Source: Octopus bimaculoides
Taxonomy: Eukaryota
Length of the DNA stretch: 64,000 nucleotides
Direction of reading: 5' to 3'
Assembly: GCF_001194135.2 (NCBI RefSeq)
Contig: NC_068981.1
Location: forward strand, 188,467,451 to 188,531,450
A model generated the notes under the pieces. It was not told where the DNA came from and searched no databases. It worked only from the letters and a program-made list of their open reading frames with translations. A program made the position numbers and the translations under genes. Positions 61,691-64,000 of this stretch are shown here, one piece after another (the first letter of the stretch is position 1; every line of letters starts with the position of its first letter).

Positions 61691-63687
61691 GTAGCATTAG
61701 TCCTAACCAGGATTGCCATGTTATGTTGGCAGATAATCTTTACTCTAGAGTACTGTTACCGGATGTCTCTCCTTGAGAGATTTACAAATAGCAATTTTCT
61801 ATTTTAGTTAAATATTAGTTTCATATATTACAGAACATTGGAATAATCTTAATGCAACTAAGATGCACAATCACTGCATTCAACCACATAATATATTTTA
61901 TTCAATGGAAGTATGTAATTAATGGACAAAATCATATTCATACATGTCTTTCAACAACTGACAAATCTTCTAGTTATACTGTCCATTATTAGTATGTTAG
62001 CTTTACATTCTCCAATTCACCTGACCTTTAGCTCATTATATTAATGCCTTTGAAGCACATACTTATCTTGCCATTTGTCTCAAGTTTTAACTCCTTTGGT
62101 TCACATGAATATATTTTCACAGACTTTGCTTCGTCACAACACAGAATTACTATGAAACATTCTCTATGCTCATGTGTTGCTAACACCAGCTGTTTTAATT
62201 AAATATTTATTGCATTAATTTACTCAACCATCTTCACTGATATTTAGAAGAAACTTATGTGGTTATGGTTACTTCTTATCATCTTTTCTTCTCTTCCTCC
62301 TCCTCCTTATCATCATTCATTCGCATCATCATCACCATAAGCACTAACCATATTTGACTATTTTTTATCATTATAATAATGTGAAATTTTTCAATTGATT
62401 TGGGGTTTTTTTTTACATGGGATGTTTGACCTATTTGATTATATTGATGCTAATAATAAATATTACAAGAAAATATTTATTTTCATCTATTTTCTTCTTA
62501 CAATTTAGTGATTCTATGCATTTGTAAGCTGGGCCATTTGATATGTTGTAGTTTAACCTACCATCCTTTTGACTGATGGCTAGTACAAATGTGCATAAAG
62601 AAACTGACCAATCAACATTCTCTTTTTATGTATATAATCTCGGTCTTGATTCCATCTAAGTAGATAAGAACATTTGTTCCAGATCACACGGAAAAAAGCT
62701 TCCATTTATCCTATTGCATTTAATGTTGACAGAAGCATTCCCATTATACCAACTACAATAAAACCTCGGAAATTTAGATTCTGATACTCTGAAATCCTTT
62801 TAAAGTGAGTGTTTGAATAATTGCTCATTTACTAATGAGTAATTGTGCTCTAATAAAGATTTGCAGAGGTCTGTGAAGTGGAATAATTAAAGGGAGAAGA
62901 GCTAATAGTTAATAAATAGCCTTTGTGAATATAAAGAGAAAGAATTTACTGCTATGATTTTCTCATTATTTTGTAATATTCTATTGTTTGTTTGTCTTTA
63001 ATTAATATTTTACTTCTTATTAAATTCATTTGTTAGTTAACAAAAAATACAATATTATGATTTTATTTTTTTTATCCATTCTTAAAATCTAAATGGAAAT
63101 GTGAAATTTTGTTTCCATTCATATGATTTCTTTTCTTCTGTCGTAATTGCAATACTAAAAACACAAAACAATAATACAATTTAAACAAAAACAAAAAAAA
63201 CCATCACAAAAATGCATTATTAGAAAATAAAAAGTGAGGAGAAACAGATGAAATGGCAGAATTTAAATAATGAAATTATATAAAGACATAAATAAATCAG
63301 TTCTCTTTACCACATTTAGAGATATTTTAACCAAAAATAGGACAAATATGAAAACCTCTATAAAGCAAAGATGTCTCAAAAGCAGTAAATTAGCAACAGG
63401 ATACTCTATTCAAAATGCTTTTTAAAAATAATCTATGATATAAAAATTGTTTACATACAAAGTAGCCAGTAATTAGAAAAATCAGATTTAACTGTGTAAG
63501 AAATTTATAACAATTGTTAAAAACAATATTTAGATTCTTTTTTGATTAAAATGAATTTAAGCCAAAAGAAAATATTCACATACAAGAAATTATGCAAAGA
63601 CATTTTAAAAATATTTCTCTCATAATTACTTGGTTTTTCTTTATGAATCATATTTAACCATTAAAATTTATTTAAACTATTGATGTT

Positions 63688-63727
<40 letters not shown>

Positions 63728-63952
63728 ATCATCATCTCTCTCTCTCTCTCTCTGAAAAAATATATATATAGACAAACATATAATGTTTTGTGTTTGATGT
63801 ACATAATATATTTAATATATTCGATGTGTCTAATTAGCTTATCTCAATAACTGCCTCAATACCCGCTCAACCTGGTCCCTCTTATAGCCTTTCTTTACCT
63901 TGTGGAATGATCCCCTGTAAAGACATCGGAGTCTAGGTGGATCTAATTTGTG

Positions 63953-64000
<48 letters not shown>

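Overview
Very AT-rich, microsatellite-dense animal genomic DNA from a draft assembly. It has 13 N-gaps, nearly all next to (TA)n, (CA)n or (GA)n tracts. The repeat families resemble those I recall from Octopus/coleoid cephalopods; this is inference, no search was run. I find no complete protein-coding gene, rRNA, functional tRNA or CRISPR array. Most listed ORFs are artefacts of microsatellites, gaps or SINEs. The window is intronic or intergenic DNA filled with transposons: (1) many 5'-truncated 3' ends of an RTE-clade LINE, tied to their parent by an ORF2 fragment at 37.3 kb; (2) at least four tRNA-derived SINE families; (3) a Penelope (GIY-YIG) fragment; (4) CR1/Jockey-like LINE remnants; (5) a decayed mariner; (6) hAT/Buster, TTAA (piggyBac-like) and Tc1-like MITEs; (7) a Helitron and a Helentron/DINE-type element. 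The best find is at 33.2-33.9 kb on the minus strand. A Penelope GIY-YIG ORF end is followed by a tRNA-like Pol III promoter (A and B boxes) and then a minimal, dimer-type hammerhead ribozyme, a retrozyme-like module. Also notable are 66-nt structured tandem units with apparent compensatory changes in the RTE 3' UTR, a 53-bp-stem fold-back, a 37-bp minisatellite built on a decayed E-box palindrome, and an old ~0.6-kb direct duplication. A few candidate exons of an unidentified host gene are given at low confidence.
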